DNA of 64,000 bases from contig OZ245946.1 in the NCBI GenBank assembly GCA_965230095.1, positions 517,210-581,209 of the forward strand, read 5' to 3'. Both the position numbers and the translations under genes were made by a program. Source of the DNA: Balneola sp. GTDB lineage: Bacteria > Bacteroidota > Rhodothermia > Balneolales > Balneolaceae. Each line of letters begins with the position of its first letter. The stretch's first letter is position 1. Shown one piece after another: positions 39,423 through 49,796 of this stretch. Under the pieces are notes generated by a model. That model did not search any database and was not told the DNA's origin. It was given only the letters and a program-made list of their open reading frames with translations.

Positions 39423-39535
39423 TTTATATAAGACTATGGAATACATTTCATTTTTAAAGAATATTCTTTCCTTCAAAACAAACCCTATATCAATCTTTGA
39501 AAGATTCCATAATTAAAGCTATATTTAGAATCTAG

Positions 39536-39566
39536 GTGAGCGTCGTGAAGGCACTCGCTTTTTTTT
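39536..39566 (+). terminator. Terminator-like hairpin in the rimP leader
   Basis: GTGAGCGTC-GTGAA-GGCACTCGC followed by T8, ending 19 nt before the rimP ATG. Confidence 0.6.
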
Positions 39567-39584
39567 GTCCTTATTTCCCGGATC

Positions 39585-40046
39585 ATGCAACTTGATACCA
39601 TACAAAAAATTAAAGATTTAGCGGCTCCTTTAGTAGAGTCTAAGGATCTCTTTGTCGTTGATATAGAACATAAAACCGGTAGTGGTTTGAATGAAGTATG
39701 GCTCTATTTAGACGCACAAGATCGCGGAGTTAATCTGGATGAATGTGCAGATATCAGCAAAGAATTAGGTTTTTTGATAGAAGCACACGAGTTATTTGAA
39801 AAGAAATATCGACTAAATGTTTCGTCACCGGGACTTAGCAGACCACTTTCTGATGTGCGTCAGTACAAAAAGAATCAGGGTCGTAAAGCTAAGGTCAAAT
39901 TCAAGAAAGAAGATGAATATGATAAAACTGAAGGAACCATAGTTGGTGTGGATGAAAACGGAATTATGCTAGAAGACCAAAACGGGAAATCTGTTAAGGT
40001 TTTATTCGACGATATAAAGGAAGCAAAGATCGTCCCAAATATTTAA
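39585..40046 (+). CDS. rimP: Ribosome maturation factor RimP
   Basis: VNLDECADISKEL, YRLNVSSPGLSRPL; first gene of the rimP-nusA-infB operon. Confidence 0.96.
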   Translation: MQLDTIQKIKDLAAPLVESKDLFVVDIEHKTGSGLNEVWLYLDAQDRGVNLDECADISKELGFLIEAHELFEKKYRLNVSSPGLSRPLSDVRQYKKNQGRKAKVKFKKEDEYDKTEGTIVGVDENGIMLEDQNGKSVKVLFDDIKEAKIVPNI

Positions 40047-40066
40047 TACATACTTAAGCAACGCTG

Positions 40067-41323
40067 ATGCAGAACGACTTATCAAAACAAATTATCTCCT
40101 CATTTGCAGAAATCGCAAAAGAAAAAGGAATTGATCGCGATCTATTGCTGTCAATATTAGAGGATGTGTTCCGCACAATGATTCGTAAAACGTACGAAAC
40201 TGATGACGCATTCTCAGTGATTTTGAATGCAGACAGAGGAGAGCTGCAGATATTACACATTCAGGAAGTGGTTCCTAAAGAAGAACTTACCGATGAAGTT
40301 GCTGAAATTACCTTGGAAGATGCTAAAAAGATCGATCCGGATATTGAGCTGTATGATGAGCTTGCTCAGGAAGTTCAGATCGTAGACTTTGGTCGTAGAG
40401 CAGTAATGATGGCTCGCCAACAACTGGCACAACGAATTCGTGAGATCGAAAAAGACAATATTTACGATGATTACACGGATCGAGTAGGTGAAATTATTTT
40501 AGGTGATGTGTATCAGGTTCGCCAGAACAAAGATATTTTAGTAAATCATAACGGTGTGGAATTAATGCTTCCAAAAAATGAGCAGATTTACAAAGACCGT
40601 TACAGAAAAGGTGATACCATCCGTGCAGTAGTGACCGGCGTTCACATGCGAAATGGTAACCCTACAGTTATTATCTCCAGAACTTCTGAGTTATTTTTGG
40701 AAAGACTATTTGAAAATGAAATTCCTGAAGTATTTGACGGAATCATAGATTTAGTGAAAATTGCACGCTCTCCTGGTGATCGTTCAAAAGTAGCGGTTAT
40801 TTCACATGATGAAAGAGTTGATCCTGTAGGAGCTTGTGTTGGAATGAAGGGAATTAGAATTCATGCCATTGTACGTGAGCTTCAGAATGAAAATATTGAT
40901 GTAATTAATTACACTGCTGATAAACATGAGTTTATCAAAAGAGCACTACAGCCTGCTGAAGTTCTTAAAGTAGAACTGGATGAAGAAGGTAAGAACGCAA
41001 GTGTATTGGTTCCTGCTGACGAAGTATCAAAAGCGATTGGTAAAGGTGGGGTTAACATCCGTCTGGCATCAAAATTGGCAGAATGCGAAATTGATGTATA
41101 TCGTGAGGTTGAGGAAGAAGATGATATTGATTTAGCAGAATTTGAGGAAGATTTTGGTAAAGAAGCGATTGAAGCTTTACATGAAATTGGCTGTGATACT
41201 GCACGTGCTGTACTTGAATTGAATGCAGATGAGTTAGTTAGCAGAACAAAAGAAGTTATAGATGAAGAACTCGCTAATAAGATCATGGATATGATCAGAT
41301 ATGAGTTCGAAGACGAAGGTTAA
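40067..41323 (+). CDS. nusA: Transcription factor NusA
   Basis: FGRRAVMMARQ, S1 and KH domains, ARSPGDRSKVAV, DPVGACVG, AIGKGGVN. Confidence 0.98.
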   Translation: MQNDLSKQIISSFAEIAKEKGIDRDLLLSILEDVFRTMIRKTYETDDAFSVILNADRGELQILHIQEVVPKEELTDEVAEITLEDAKKIDPDIELYDELAQEVQIVDFGRRAVMMARQQLAQRIREIEKDNIYDDYTDRVGEIILGDVYQVRQNKDILVNHNGVELMLPKNEQIYKDRYRKGDTIRAVVTGVHMRNGNPTVIISRTSELFLERLFENEIPEVFDGIIDLVKIARSPGDRSKVAVISHDERVDPVGACVGMKGIRIHAIVRELQNENIDVINYTADKHEFIKRALQPAEVLKVELDEEGKNASVLVPADEVSKAIGKGGVNIRLASKLAECEIDVYREVEEEDDIDLAEFEEDFGKEAIEALHEIGCDTARAVLELNADELVSRTKEVIDEELANKIMDMIRYEFEDEG

Positions 41324-41382
41324 TTTGCAGGGAATAACATCCGCTTTGTAATTTAACTTTCAATAGACACAAAAAATCATAT

Positions 41383-44178
41383 ATGTCCATAAATAGACCA
41401 AAACCATTATTTAAAGTTGCTTCAGAGTTTAATGTAACAACACAAACCATTGTTGATGCATTAAGTGAAGATTTTGAAGTTGCTAACCGACCAAATTTCA
41501 AAATAACGCCGGAAATGTATTCGGTTTTGGAAGGGATCTATGGCGAAGATAAAGCTAAGAGCCAGGATCATGAACGATCTCGTGAAGAGTACGAAAATCG
41601 TCGCAGTTCTATAATGGATCAAAGAAATGAAAGTGTAACTCTTGATTCGCTTGAACCAATTGATGAGTCACTGGGTTTAGAACCAGAAGACGAACCTCCA
41701 ACAGAGGAAAAAGAAGAAGAACTTCCTCTGGAGCCGGTTGAAGAAGAACCTGAAGGTCAGGAAACAGAAGAGGAAGAACAGGCTGAACTGGAAGAACCGG
41801 TTGCCGAGGAAGAAAGCGAAGAAACATCAGCTGAATCAGAAGATGCTAAAGAAGCTGAAGTAAAAGAGGAGCAAAGCGAACCTGAATCTGCATCTGAAAA
41901 AGAAGAAAAAACAGAAGAACAGAACGAATCTGATGATGAAGAATCTGTAGAAAACGAAAGTGAAGACGCTCATGAAGATCAGGATGAAGTTGAGGATGAG
42001 GATGATGAGGAAGACGATGAGCCTGAAGAGAAGGAAACCATCAAAGGTAAAGCAGATAAACTAAAAGGGACAAAAGTATTAGGCAAAACATCCTTCACTA
42101 ATGACTTAACAGGCGCTACCAAAAAACGGAAGAAAAGAAAGCGAAGAAAAGACAGAAATGATTCCAAGCAATCTACTTCTAAGAAAGATGACGACAAGAA
42201 ATCAGCAAAAAATAAAACGCGTAAAAAACCGAAAGGAAAATCCAATACCAAAACTGAGGTAGATGAGATCGATGTGGATCGCATGATGCGCGAGACCATG
42301 CAGAAGATCCAGGGTAATTCCAATGTGGGTAGTAAGCGTGGAAAAAGAAGACGCCAACGTAAAGAAGAAAGAGAGGAAGAACTGCAACAACAGCAGGAAA
42401 TGGAAGAAATGGAAGCTGGTGTAATTGAAGTCACCGAATTCATTACAGCCAATGATCTTGCTGAAGAACTGGAAGTTGGTGTAAACGATATTATTTCTGC
42501 ATGCATGAGTATTGGGTTGATGATAACCATCAATCAAAGATTGGATGCAGGTACCATTGAATTAGTTTCCGAAGAGTTTGGGAAAGAAGTTAAGTTCATT
42601 GACGCTGAGGAAATGGACGAAGAACTTGAAATCGAGGAAGACAATCCTGAAGATCTGGAAGATCGGGCTCCGATTATTACCGTAATGGGACACGTAGACC
42701 ACGGTAAAACCTCTTTGCTCGATTATATTCGTGAAGAAAGAGTAGCTGAAGGCGAGGCCGGTGGCATTACTCAGCATGTTGGTGCTTATTCGGTAATGCA
42801 TAGCGGAAAGCAAATTACATTCCTTGATACTCCGGGTCACGAAGCATTTACAGCAATGCGTTCCCGTGGTGCTCAGGCAACAGATATTGTAATTCTTGTA
42901 GTTGCTGCGGATGATTCCGTGATGCCTCAAACCATAGAGGCCATAAATCACGCAAAAGCAGCAGGTGTACCGATGGTGGTCGCTATTAATAAGATCGATA
43001 AACCTGGCTCTACACCTGATAAAATCAAACAGCAGTTATCAGAACATGAGGTAATTGTTGAAGACTGGGGTGGACAAACTCAATTTGCACTTGTTTCTGC
43101 AAAAACTGGTCAGGGAATTGATGAGTTATTAGAAAAAGTACTTATCGAAGCTGAACTACAGGAACTGAAAGCTAATCCTGATCGTAGAGCAAACGGTGTG
43201 GTACTTGAAGCCCGTTTAGATAAAGGAAAAGGTATTATCGCGAATGTTCTTGTACAAGGTGGTACACTAAAAGTTGGAGATCCATTTGTTGCAGGACCTT
43301 GTTTTGGTAGAGTTCGTGCAATGGAAAACGACCGTGGCGAAAGAATTAAAGAAGCAGGACCGGCAACTCCAGTTCAGTTAATGGGATTTGATGAAATGCC
43401 ACAGGCTGGAGATTCTTTAGTAGTTGCTGAGGATGAGAAAACAGCTAAAGATGTGGCTAGTCAGCGTAATCAAATTCGTCGTGAGCAGGCAATGAGAAAA
43501 ACCAAGCATATGACACTTGATGACCTTTCAAGAAGATTGGCACTCGGAGAAGTATCTGAGTTGAATATCATCATTAAAGCCGATGTGGATGGTTCTATTG
43601 AGGCTCTTTCAGGTTCATTGCAGAAAATCAGTAATGACGAAGTCGCTGTTAATATCATCCATACCGGTGCGGGAGCAATTTCTGAATCTGATGTATTATT
43701 AGCATCAGCTTCTGATGCTATTATTATCGGTTTCCAGGTACGACCTACTCAACAGGCTCGTAAACTTGCTGAAACCGAAGAAATTGATATCAGATTGTTC
43801 TCTGTTATTTACGATGCCGTTGATGAAGTTAAAGATGCTCTTGAAGGTCTACTATCTCCGGAATTGAAAGAAAAGATTCTAGGTAATGTTGAAGTTCGTG
43901 AGATCTTCAAAGTTTCTAAAGTTGGTACTATTGCCGGTTGTTATGTACTGGATGGTAAAATTGACCGAAATAATCCAGTTCGTATTATCCGTGAAGGCGT
44001 TGTTATTTATGATGGCGCTATTGGGGCCTTGAAACGTTTCAAAGATGATGTTAAAGAAGTAGCTGCCGGATACGAGTGTGGTATCAGCATTCAGAATTAC
44101 AACGATATTAAAGTTGGTGATAATTTTGAGAGCTACAAGATCACCGAAGAAAAACGTACGCTGGAAGACGCAAATTAA
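41383..44178 (+). CDS. infB: Translation initiation factor IF-2
   Basis: GHVDHGKT, GGITQH, DTPGHEAF, NKID; long acidic N-terminal region. Confidence 0.99.
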   Translation: MSINRPKPLFKVASEFNVTTQTIVDALSEDFEVANRPNFKITPEMYSVLEGIYGEDKAKSQDHERSREEYENRRSSIMDQRNESVTLDSLEPIDESLGLEPEDEPPTEEKEEELPLEPVEEEPEGQETEEEEQAELEEPVAEEESEETSAESEDAKEAEVKEEQSEPESASEKEEKTEEQNESDDEESVENESEDAHEDQDEVEDEDDEEDDEPEEKETIKGKADKLKGTKVLGKTSFTNDLTGATKKRKKRKRRKDRNDSKQSTSKKDDDKKSAKNKTRKKPKGKSNTKTEVDEIDVDRMMRETMQKIQGNSNVGSKRGKRRRQRKEEREEELQQQQEMEEMEAGVIEVTEFITANDLAEELEVGVNDIISACMSIGLMITINQRLDAGTIELVSEEFGKEVKFIDAEEMDEELEIEEDNPEDLEDRAPIITVMGHVDHGKTSLLDYIREERVAEGEAGGITQHVGAYSVMHSGKQITFLDTPGHEAFTAMRSRGAQATDIVILVVAADDSVMPQTIEAINHAKAAGVPMVVAINKIDKPGSTPDKIKQQLSEHEVIVEDWGGQTQFALVSAKTGQGIDELLEKVLIEAELQELKANPDRRANGVVLEARLDKGKGIIANVLVQGGTLKVGDPFVAGPCFGRVRAMENDRGERIKEAGPATPVQLMGFDEMPQAGDSLVVAEDEKTAKDVASQRNQIRREQAMRKTKHMTLDDLSRRLALGEVSELNIIIKADVDGSIEALSGSLQKISNDEVAVNIIHTGAGAISESDVLLASASDAIIIGFQVRPTQQARKLAETEEIDIRLFSVIYDAVDEVKDALEGLLSPELKEKILGNVEVREIFKVSKVGTIAGCYVLDGKIDRNNPVRIIREGVVIYDGAIGALKRFKDDVKEVAAGYECGISIQNYNDIKVGDNFESYKITEEKRTLEDAN

Positions 44179-44195
44179 GTAAAGAAGAGGTTTAA

Positions 44196-44573
44196 ATGAG
44201 TATTAGAACAGAACGCTTAGGCGGTGTTCTAAAACGTGATTTAGGTGAAATTCTTCAACGAGAATACCAACCTGTGGGGACGTTTATCACCGTTACAAAA
44301 GTATTGATGACAGACGACCTTTCTATAGCCAGAGTGTATCTGAGCGTATTTGCTCCGGGTAGAGATGAAAAAGCAATTTATCAGCATCTGGATGAACATA
44401 TAGATGACATCAGGCATACTTTAGCCGGTAAGATCAGGCATCAGGTACGTAAAATTCCTGAATTGCACTTTTACGTAGATGATACCGCTGAGTACGTGAA
44501 TAAAATCGAAAAACTCTTCGATAAAGTAGATCAGCAACCAAAAGCACCCACCGAAGACGACGAAGAGAGTTAA
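44196..44573 (+). CDS. rbfA: Ribosome-binding factor A
   Basis: DLSIARVYLS, VRKIPELHFYVD. Confidence 0.96.
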   Translation: MSIRTERLGGVLKRDLGEILQREYQPVGTFITVTKVLMTDDLSIARVYLSVFAPGRDEKAIYQHLDEHIDDIRHTLAGKIRHQVRKIPELHFYVDDTAEYVNKIEKLFDKVDQQPKAPTEDDEES

Positions 44574-44574
44574 A

Positions 44575-45312
44575 ATGGCGAAAGCCCTGCCTCTGGGAGA
44601 GATTCCTGTATTTGACGATGATAACCTGCCAAGTCCGGATTTTGATTTTGGGACAGCATCAATTCTGCTTATAAATAAACCACAAACATGGACCAGTTTT
44701 GATGTGGTCAGATATGTTCGCCGAAGATTGCGGACAAAAAAGGTGGGTCATGCAGGTACACTGGATCCAATGGCAACCGGTTTATTGATTTTATGTTCCG
44801 GAAGGGCAACAAAATCTATTTCTCAGCTTCAGGAAATGTCTAAAACTTATATTGGTGAAATCACTTTTGGCGGATCAACTCCTACCTATGACGCTGATTC
44901 AGAGGTTGATGAAACTGCACCAACCGAGCATATTACCATAGATAAAATAGAGAAAGTGCTTGAAGAGCATTTCAATGGAGAAATCTCTCAGGTTCCTCCC
45001 GTGTATTCCGCATTAAAAGTTGGAGGTAAGCGATCTTATGAATTAGCCAGAAGAGGAAAGGCAGTAGCATTAGCTGCCAGACAAGTTACAATTCATTCTC
45101 ATCAAATTATCAGTTTCAAAAGCAATAAACTGTTGATCAGCATAAATTGTAGTAAGGGAACCTATATCAGATCTATTGCACATGATCTTGGAAAATTATT
45201 AAACTCATTGGCACATTTATCGGGTTTAGAAAGAACTGCAATTGGTGAGTTTACATCAAAGAAAGCGTTATCTCCCCATAAAATAGATGAATTGTTAAAT
45301 GCAAAATACTGA
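44575..45312 (+). CDS. truB: tRNA pseudouridine(55) synthase
   Basis: INKPQTWTSFDVV, KVGHAGTLDPMATG, CSKGTYIRS. Confidence 0.97.
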   Translation: MAKALPLGEIPVFDDDNLPSPDFDFGTASILLINKPQTWTSFDVVRYVRRRLRTKKVGHAGTLDPMATGLLILCSGRATKSISQLQEMSKTYIGEITFGGSTPTYDADSEVDETAPTEHITIDKIEKVLEEHFNGEISQVPPVYSALKVGGKRSYELARRGKAVALAARQVTIHSHQIISFKSNKLLISINCSKGTYIRSIAHDLGKLLNSLAHLSGLERTAIGEFTSKKALSPHKIDELLNAKY

Positions 45313-46240
45313 ACTAATATTTCTTAACGATATTGAACGAGTTGAAAACTCGGTTGTAACAGTTGGTACTTTTGATGGGGTACATTTAGGACATAAAGCT
45401 CTGATCGAAACAGTAGTCAAAAAGGCAAAAGAAAGAGATGCACGAAGCGTAGTCATTTCTTTTGATCCTCATCCAAGAGATATAATTAATCCCGGAAGTG
45501 CAGGGATTAAACAACTTACTACGATTCAGGAACGGCGGGAAATACTGGAAGAAATTGGTATCGATGTTCTGTTGATCATTCCTTTTACAAGAGATTTTTC
45601 ATTGTTGAGTTCTGAAGAGTTTGTGAAAAAGATCGTTTTTGAAAGGGTGGGAGTGAGTGAATTTGTTATTGGTTATGATCACCACTTTGGTAAAGATCGT
45701 ACCGGAACTATTGAAACCGTTGAGAATCTTGGAAAGGAATTGGGTTTTGATGCTTTTGTAGTTTCAAAAAGAGAAATGGGTACAGTTACGGTAAGTAGTA
45801 CTACCATTAGAAGAGAACTTTCAGAAGAAGGAAATGTAGAGCAGGCAGCAAAGCTTTTAGGGCGTAAATACTTGCTCAATGGAATTGTAATTCACGGTGA
45901 TAAAAGAGGGAGAAAGATTGGGTTTCCCACCGCTAATTTGAAAGCTGAACATCCAAATAAAGTAATTCCAAAAAATGGTGTTTATGCTGTGAGGGCAAGA
46001 GTTGGTGGGAATTGGTATGGTGGGATGATGAACATTGGACACAGACCTACTTTTGATAAAATTGAGTTGAGATTGGAAGTTAATATCTTTGAATTCGATG
46101 AAGATATTTATGGGCAAACTATTCAGGTTCGCTTCCATAAGAGATTAAGAGATGAAGTAAAGTTTAATGGAGTTGAGGAATTAGTTGAGCAACTGGGCAT
46201 GGATAAAGAATCAGCTTTAAAAGCTTTAAACGAAAAGTAG
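45299..46240 (+). CDS. ribF: Bifunctional riboflavin kinase/FAD synthetase
   Basis: GTFDGVHLGH, GYDHHFG, VSSTTIR, GRKIGFPTAN, NIGHRPTF. Confidence 0.97.
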   Translation: MQNTELIFLNDIERVENSVVTVGTFDGVHLGHKALIETVVKKAKERDARSVVISFDPHPRDIINPGSAGIKQLTTIQERREILEEIGIDVLLIIPFTRDFSLLSSEEFVKKIVFERVGVSEFVIGYDHHFGKDRTGTIETVENLGKELGFDAFVVSKREMGTVTVSSTTIRRELSEEGNVEQAAKLLGRKYLLNGIVIHGDKRGRKIGFPTANLKAEHPNKVIPKNGVYAVRARVGGNWYGGMMNIGHRPTFDKIELRLEVNIFEFDEDIYGQTIQVRFHKRLRDEVKFNGVEELVEQLGMDKESALKALNEK

Positions 46241-46330
46241 TAAATAAATCTGATTATCAACTTTTAACAGCACCAGAACTCGTTTGTAAGTAAATAGGGA
46301 TGTATTCAACCATGAACCAAACCTGAGATC

Positions 46331-46852
46331 ATGAAATTACTTACTACTTTACTATTTTTATGCTTTTCAACAATGGCTTATTCACAAGTAATTGATATGA
46401 GTGAGCTGATTGCCGATATGGAAAGAAACAAGGTAATGTCTCTTGCTTATGTTGATGCTATGCCTGCCGAAAAATTTAACTATCAGCCAAATGAAGATGT
46501 TCGAACCTATGCACAGCAGTTCTTACATATTTCACAAGGACTAATTGGTTTGTCAGCAAACGGAACAGGAGCAGAACCTATATTTAAAGGCGAAAACCTG
46601 GAAGCAACTGAGGCATATCAAACAAAAGCTGAAGTAAAAAGAATAGTCTCAGCAAGCTATGATTTTGCTATTAAAAGCATGAAAGAAATGGATATGTCAG
46701 AGCTCAATGAAGTGGTTCAACGGGGACAATTTAATGTAACCAGACTCGGCTGGATCAATAAAGCAATGGAACACAATACCCATCACAAAGGCCAATGTGC
46801 GGTGTATTTAAGAATGAATGGGATTACCCCACCTCAGTTTCAATTGTTCTAG
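46331..46852 (+). CDS. Exported DinB-family protein
   Basis: Signal peptide; AMPAEKFNYQP, QFLHI, HNTHHKGQCAVYLRMNGITPP. Confidence 0.85.
   Translation: MKLLTTLLFLCFSTMAYSQVIDMSELIADMERNKVMSLAYVDAMPAEKFNYQPNEDVRTYAQQFLHISQGLIGLSANGTGAEPIFKGENLEATEAYQTKAEVKRIVSASYDFAIKSMKEMDMSELNEVVQRGQFNVTRLGWINKAMEHNTHHKGQCAVYLRMNGITPPQFQLF
46656..46852 (+). repeat. Direct repeat B, copy 1 (3' 197 bp of the DinB-family gene)
   Basis: Matches 49418..49614; 151-bp perfect core 46695..46845 = 49457..49607. Confidence 0.95.
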
Positions 46853-46970
46853 GTTTTGTTATCGATAATTGTCGATCTTATTACTGTTAATTTTGATTTT
46901 AAAGCTAATTAAATTTGTAAAACCTGTTCTAATTATTTAATCTCCTGAGGAAAAATAAAGGGGTAATAAA

Positions 46971-49355
46971 ATGAGTGATTTTTGTAGATTAATATCTGTT
47001 CTGGATGATGCTGTTTTAACAAATACTTGTGGGGCTATACCCGGAGCAGATATCAGTAAAAGTGGTAATTATATATATGTATCTAGCAAGTATGAAAGTG
47101 GAGCAGATTACATACAGGTTTTTCCTATTGATATAGCTTCTCACTCTATAATTCATCAAACATCTGCACAACTAGAAGTTAATCACGAAGCGCATTCTGT
47201 TGCTGCTTCAAAAAATAATGATTCCTTGTTTTTTGTCTCGGGAACAGGCTCTGTGAAATGTTATCAATTTAATAAGGTTGGAAAAAAAGTAGATGAAGTT
47301 AATTCGCAACCAATAAAAGGCCCTATTTCAAAAGTAAAAACGTATTTGACTGTAGCTCATGAAGTTGTTTATGTACTCTGTTCTTGGTCAATGAACCCTA
47401 CTACGCTGGGAGGCAATCCAGCAACATTAAATACTTATTATATAGGAGTAGACGGAAAGCTTTCTCAAATTGGAAGTATTTCCGTTCCTATCGCAAATAG
47501 CACTAGTTTTGATGTTTCTGATGATGGGTATATCTATATAGGTGGTACTTCTGTTCATAATGGTCAGGCTGTACTTCTTGCCTACCAATTTAATACAAAT
47601 TCAGGGATTGTATCTGGGGACACCGTTGCTCAAACTTCGCCTGGTGCTTTGTTCGGTCATAATGTAAGTTCGATTGCAGTCAGTCCGGTCGATTATTCTA
47701 TTGTTCTTTCAACGAAAAATGTTAGTAATAATCAATTTATTTATCGTTTCAGGTTCAATAAAAGTTCTGAACAACTTGAACAAATTGGGGATAAATATGA
47801 TCCGAAATCGCCTGTTATAAATGGATTAGCTTTTTTGCCTTCGAATGAAAGTAATGATCAAAACGTATTGTACGGCACATACAGTAATGCTTTTTGTTGT
47901 TTTACGATACCTGTTAATCAGGGTATCACTGGAATTACTACATTTGAAGCTGTCAACCAACCAGATGAAATTATCATTCGGGAAGGAAAAGCGATAACAG
48001 TTTGTTATTCAGACCCAAATTTTCATGGCTGTTTTGGATTTTATGAATTGTTGAATTTTACAAATCCGGTATTATCTGTTACTGACACACCGTTTGGATT
48101 TAGTTTTTCTATAGACTTTGAGAAACTTGGTCATAGCTGGTCGGGAATAATTAAAATATTGAATTCCGACAATCAGCTTTTTGATTCTATAAGCATGTCA
48201 GAAGTTGGTACTTATTATGACTATAACCTGGTAAATCCAGGAGAAGCATTTACTGGTTCGGCAATAATAGAAGTAACTAATACTTCTACAGGTAATACTC
48301 TTACAAGCAAGCCAGTTTCTATAAGTTATTCGCCATTAGCTATTCAATTAAGTTTATCTGCTGGAATTGATGATTTAGAAGCCAATGCAACTATAAATGG
48401 TACACTTCCTACGGGTTCGGCAGTTGGCTTCTTTGTTCAATTTGAAGGTGACCAAAGAACGTTCAAAAATATAGTTGCGCCAACTATAAAAAATAACCAA
48501 ACTAGCTGGGCATTTAGTCAGAGTGGGCTAAACAGTCGTTTTGGGAATGACAGATCGGGAATGATTACGGTATATGCTTTAATCAGAAGTTCAGGAAAAT
48601 ACAATCAACCGGATTCTCCTGAAAACGCCAAGGGACAACTTGTTTCAGTATCCAAAGGGTATAGTTACAGTTCCCCAATCGCTCGTTTCGATATTTTTGA
48701 AAATGATAATGTCAATCCACCAACTTTCTTTTTTAACATTTATGTTAGCGATGCATTCAATTCATTTGCTTCAAAAAATGCAAAGAACGAAGTGGAATTT
48801 ACATTAGAATACTGGGGAGATAATCCTCAGCAGATTAGTACACTCGAATTACCTACTGTTCTGAATTCTAAGCCAAATACAAATGATTATGTAGGGGCTC
48901 CAACAATACCGGAAACCAAACTTCCGCTCACGGCAAGGTCCGGGAGGCTTAAATACACCAATAATGGAATTACTATTTACAGTACAAATGAAATTAATTA
49001 TTTAGCACCATTTACACTTAGTTATGCTTTTGTTCAGGCAAACAACCCAACCATTCAAATTATGGCAGATCCTAGGATTCATTTCAACAAATATAAAACC
49101 AATGATAACTTCCAGTTTCAGTTGTATTACTGGAACGATGGGGCTTCCAGAAACGAAAACAAAAAGCTGACGGTAGTTACTAATGGATCAGTCTTTAGGC
49201 GGGAATATGTAGTTAATAACAATGAACTTCCCTTATCTAGAGAGCCATTCAGGGCTGGTAATACTTACTGGATTCAAGCAGCATACATAAACAATACTGT
49301 ATCACCAGCTCAAACAATTTATGGAAAGGCACAGCAAATGATTGTACCTCTTTAA
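46971..49355 (+). CDS. 794-aa hypothetical protein, probable beta-propeller plus about four beta-sandwich domains
   Basis: Long intact ORF, Ser/Asn/Thr-rich beta composition, no N-terminal signal peptide; fold is inferred. Confidence 0.7.
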   Translation: MSDFCRLISVLDDAVLTNTCGAIPGADISKSGNYIYVSSKYESGADYIQVFPIDIASHSIIHQTSAQLEVNHEAHSVAASKNNDSLFFVSGTGSVKCYQFNKVGKKVDEVNSQPIKGPISKVKTYLTVAHEVVYVLCSWSMNPTTLGGNPATLNTYYIGVDGKLSQIGSISVPIANSTSFDVSDDGYIYIGGTSVHNGQAVLLAYQFNTNSGIVSGDTVAQTSPGALFGHNVSSIAVSPVDYSIVLSTKNVSNNQFIYRFRFNKSSEQLEQIGDKYDPKSPVINGLAFLPSNESNDQNVLYGTYSNAFCCFTIPVNQGITGITTFEAVNQPDEIIIREGKAITVCYSDPNFHGCFGFYELLNFTNPVLSVTDTPFGFSFSIDFEKLGHSWSGIIKILNSDNQLFDSISMSEVGTYYDYNLVNPGEAFTGSAIIEVTNTSTGNTLTSKPVSISYSPLAIQLSLSAGIDDLEANATINGTLPTGSAVGFFVQFEGDQRTFKNIVAPTIKNNQTSWAFSQSGLNSRFGNDRSGMITVYALIRSSGKYNQPDSPENAKGQLVSVSKGYSYSSPIARFDIFENDNVNPPTFFFNIYVSDAFNSFASKNAKNEVEFTLEYWGDNPQQISTLELPTVLNSKPNTNDYVGAPTIPETKLPLTARSGRLKYTNNGITIYSTNEINYLAPFTLSYAFVQANNPTIQIMADPRIHFNKYKTNDNFQFQLYYWNDGASRNENKKLTVVTNGSVFRREYVVNNNELPLSREPFRAGNTYWIQAAYINNTVSPAQTIYGKAQQMIVPL

Positions 49356-49417
49356 GGTAATTATTGATACTAAAAAATAGCTACTTATAATAGAATATGA
49401 TGCAATTTTAGTGAAAT

Positions 49418-49614
49418 GCTATTACTTTGCACTTAAAAGCATGAAAGAAATGGATGTGTCAGAGCTCAATGAAGTGGTTCAACGGGGACAATTTAATGTA
49501 ACCAGACTCGGCTGGATCAATAAAGCAATGGAACACAATACCCATCACAAAGGCCAATGTGCGGTGTATTTAAGAATGAATGGGATTACCCCACCTCAGT
49601 TTCAATTATTTTAG
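49418..49614 (+). pseudogene. Duplicated 3' fragment of the DinB-family gene (direct repeat B, copy 2)
   Basis: Encodes the same C-terminal ~62 aa and stop; no matching 5' half. Confidence 0.92.
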
Positions 49615-49748
49615 CTTGTGGAAACAGATATTGTCATTCGAGATTTAATGATCCTGTACTTAAATAAAACTCAATAACCTTGATTGAAACCATTGTTTAG
49701 AGATATATTTTAATTACAAGAAACATTGTTGCTTATCATTAAAAAGCT

Positions 49749-49756
49749 TATCTTTG
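49749..49756 (+). promoter_or_regulatory. Bacteroidetes-type -7 promoter element upstream of rpsO
   Basis: TATCTTTG about 40 nt before the ATG. Confidence 0.6.
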
Positions 49757-49796
49757 GAATCTATATTAAAACGAGTTTAAGAATAACTGAATTGTA

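Noticed and set aside
41600-42420. Very acidic then basic low-complexity region of infB
   Set aside because: Variable charged N-terminal extensions are normal for IF-2.
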